From positions 92,973 through 156,972 of the forward strand of contig MCFE01000141.1 of the NCBI GenBank assembly GCA_002104905.1: a stretch of 64,000 nucleotides of DNA, written 5' to 3'. The position numbers were made by a program, and so were the translations under genes. The stretch comes from Basidiobolus meristosporus CBS 931.73 (Eukaryota > Fungi > Basidiobolomycota). Every line of letters begins with the position of its first letter. Positions within the stretch are counted from its first letter, which is position 1. The notes beneath the pieces are model-generated. The model was not told the DNA's origin, did not search any database, and worked only from the letters and a program-made list of their open reading frames with translations. This document shows, piece after piece, positions 62,984-64,000 of the stretch.

Positions 62984-63803
62984 TCAGGCAGAGGTTGTAG
63001 CTTCTTCAGAGGCAGCATTGATAATGTGACCTGCAGAGTCCCAGAGCTCTTCAAATGGTGCATCACTTAAGTCAGCAAGGAGGGAAATGGCATGGTTCTT
63101 GAGGAAGTATGCCACATCATAGGAGGGGGCTTGTCTCTTGATGGCAGCAAAGAAAGACAGAATGGCAACATGCGCTGGAGGCTTGTTGAACAGTAGAGAG
63201 TAGAGGATTCAGATTCTTCAGGCACTATCTTGAAGTCAGTTTCAGCCAGTTAAGGTTCTTCTCCACAAAGGCAACAAATGGGTCAGCAATGTTTTGGTCT
63301 AGGATAACCTCCAGAATCTTCCCTTTTCTCCAGGCCAGGTTGACAATTCTTGAGAGCTGAATATTGCATGCCTTGAGTGCTTTCCTGATGTTGGAAATGG
63401 GAGTCCAGGGAACTTGCTTCAAGTACACCACAGTCCAGGTAGAAGCTGGTGGTAGGTTTGCTGGGGGCTTGTAAGTCCTTCTGTGTTGCAATGGAGCTGC
63501 AGTAGTCAGATTGGAGTCCACATTCTCAGTAGAAGGTTTTCTTGATGTGTCTTGCTGAATAGTACTGGAGCTGGATGTGCTGATAATTCTTGCTAGAACC
63601 TTGCCTGCATAAGTCTGAGGTATAGCTGAGGTGACTGTAGAGGTGTTGGCAGCTGGTGCAGGTGGAGAGGCAGAAACTGAAGCAGGAACTGAGGTCACCT
63701 GGGAGAAGGCAGTGGAAGCAGGTTTTCTGGGAGGAACAGAGTTCACTATCCAGTTGTTCTGTAAAGCACTGGAGTAGCTTTTCTGTGGAACAGGATCTTG
63801 CTC
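62984..63803 (-). pseudogene. ORF1 of U5: N-terminally truncated, with two apparent single-base deletions (~63243 and ~63200)
   Basis: Three frames joined in sequence reproduce the U2 ORF1 alignment to its C-terminus (YFLKNHAIS..WDSA vs HFLKDYYIS..WDTA). Confidence 0.78.
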
Positions 63804-64000
63804 TTAGGGTTTAGGGTTAGGGTTAGGGTTAGGGTTAGGGTTAGGGTTAGGGTTAGGGTTAGGGTTAGGGTTAGGGTTAGGGTTAGGGTTAGGGTTAGGG
63901 TTAGGGTTAGGGTTAGGGTTAGGGTTAGGGTTAGGGTTAGGGTTAGGGTTAGGGTTAGGGTTAGGGTTAGGGTTAGGGTTAGGGTTAGGGTTAGGGTTAG
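63804..64000 (+). repeat. Telomere (TTAGGG)n, about 32 repeats to the window end; the second repeat is the variant TTTAGGG
   Basis: Direct reading; G-rich strand oriented toward the window end. Confidence 0.99.

Larger units (their letters stand above)
60147..63803 (-). mobile_element. Telomeric array unit U5: APE-endonuclease/RT non-LTR retrotransposon, 5'-truncated within ORF1 and capped by telomere repeats
   Basis: 3' junction TAGGGTTAGGG-GGGAGACAGTCACCAACAGGTGAAATCTTTATT; ORF2 intact; ORF1 frame open up to the telomere junction. Confidence 0.95.

Overview
This window is the last 64 kb of a eukaryotic chromosome arm, ending in (TTAGGG)n at 63804-64000. The short GT-AG introns with CTAAC-type branch points and the gene set suggest a fungus, probably early-diverging; the host assignment is inference. 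Two CpG-poor blocks of nested transposon debris lie at about 1-9.5 kb and 24.2-40.1 kb. They hold one Ty1/copia family with ~350-bp TGTTG..CAACA LTRs and a half-tRNA-iMet PBS, a 211-bp MITE, a 1.07-kb foreign solo LTR and a decayed CACTA-type transposase. Host genes occupy the CpG-normal stretches: a Zip1/CYS-3-like bZIP, a 4-exon FAM72 homolog, a conserved hypothetical protein, a DPP1/PAP2 lipid phosphatase, a SAM methyltransferase, a 2850-aa Thr-rich mucin with a C-terminal CBM19-like module, and a secreted amidohydrolase. The standout is 57946-63803, a head-to-tail stack of five non-LTR retroelement units, all with 5' ends toward the telomere. Each 3' end is an oligo-C tail fused to one or two remnant TTAGGG repeats and carries an AATAAA-like signal and a conserved two-hairpin 3' structure. 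One unit encodes only ORF1 (HeT-A-like). The terminal unit has an intact, CpG-free APE-RT ORF2 that lacks an AUG and follows the ORF1 TGA in frame (TGA-CTA). That unit is truncated inside ORF1 and capped directly by telomere repeats. Together this looks like a telomere-targeted, possibly telomere-healing, retrotransposon system working alongside telomerase.
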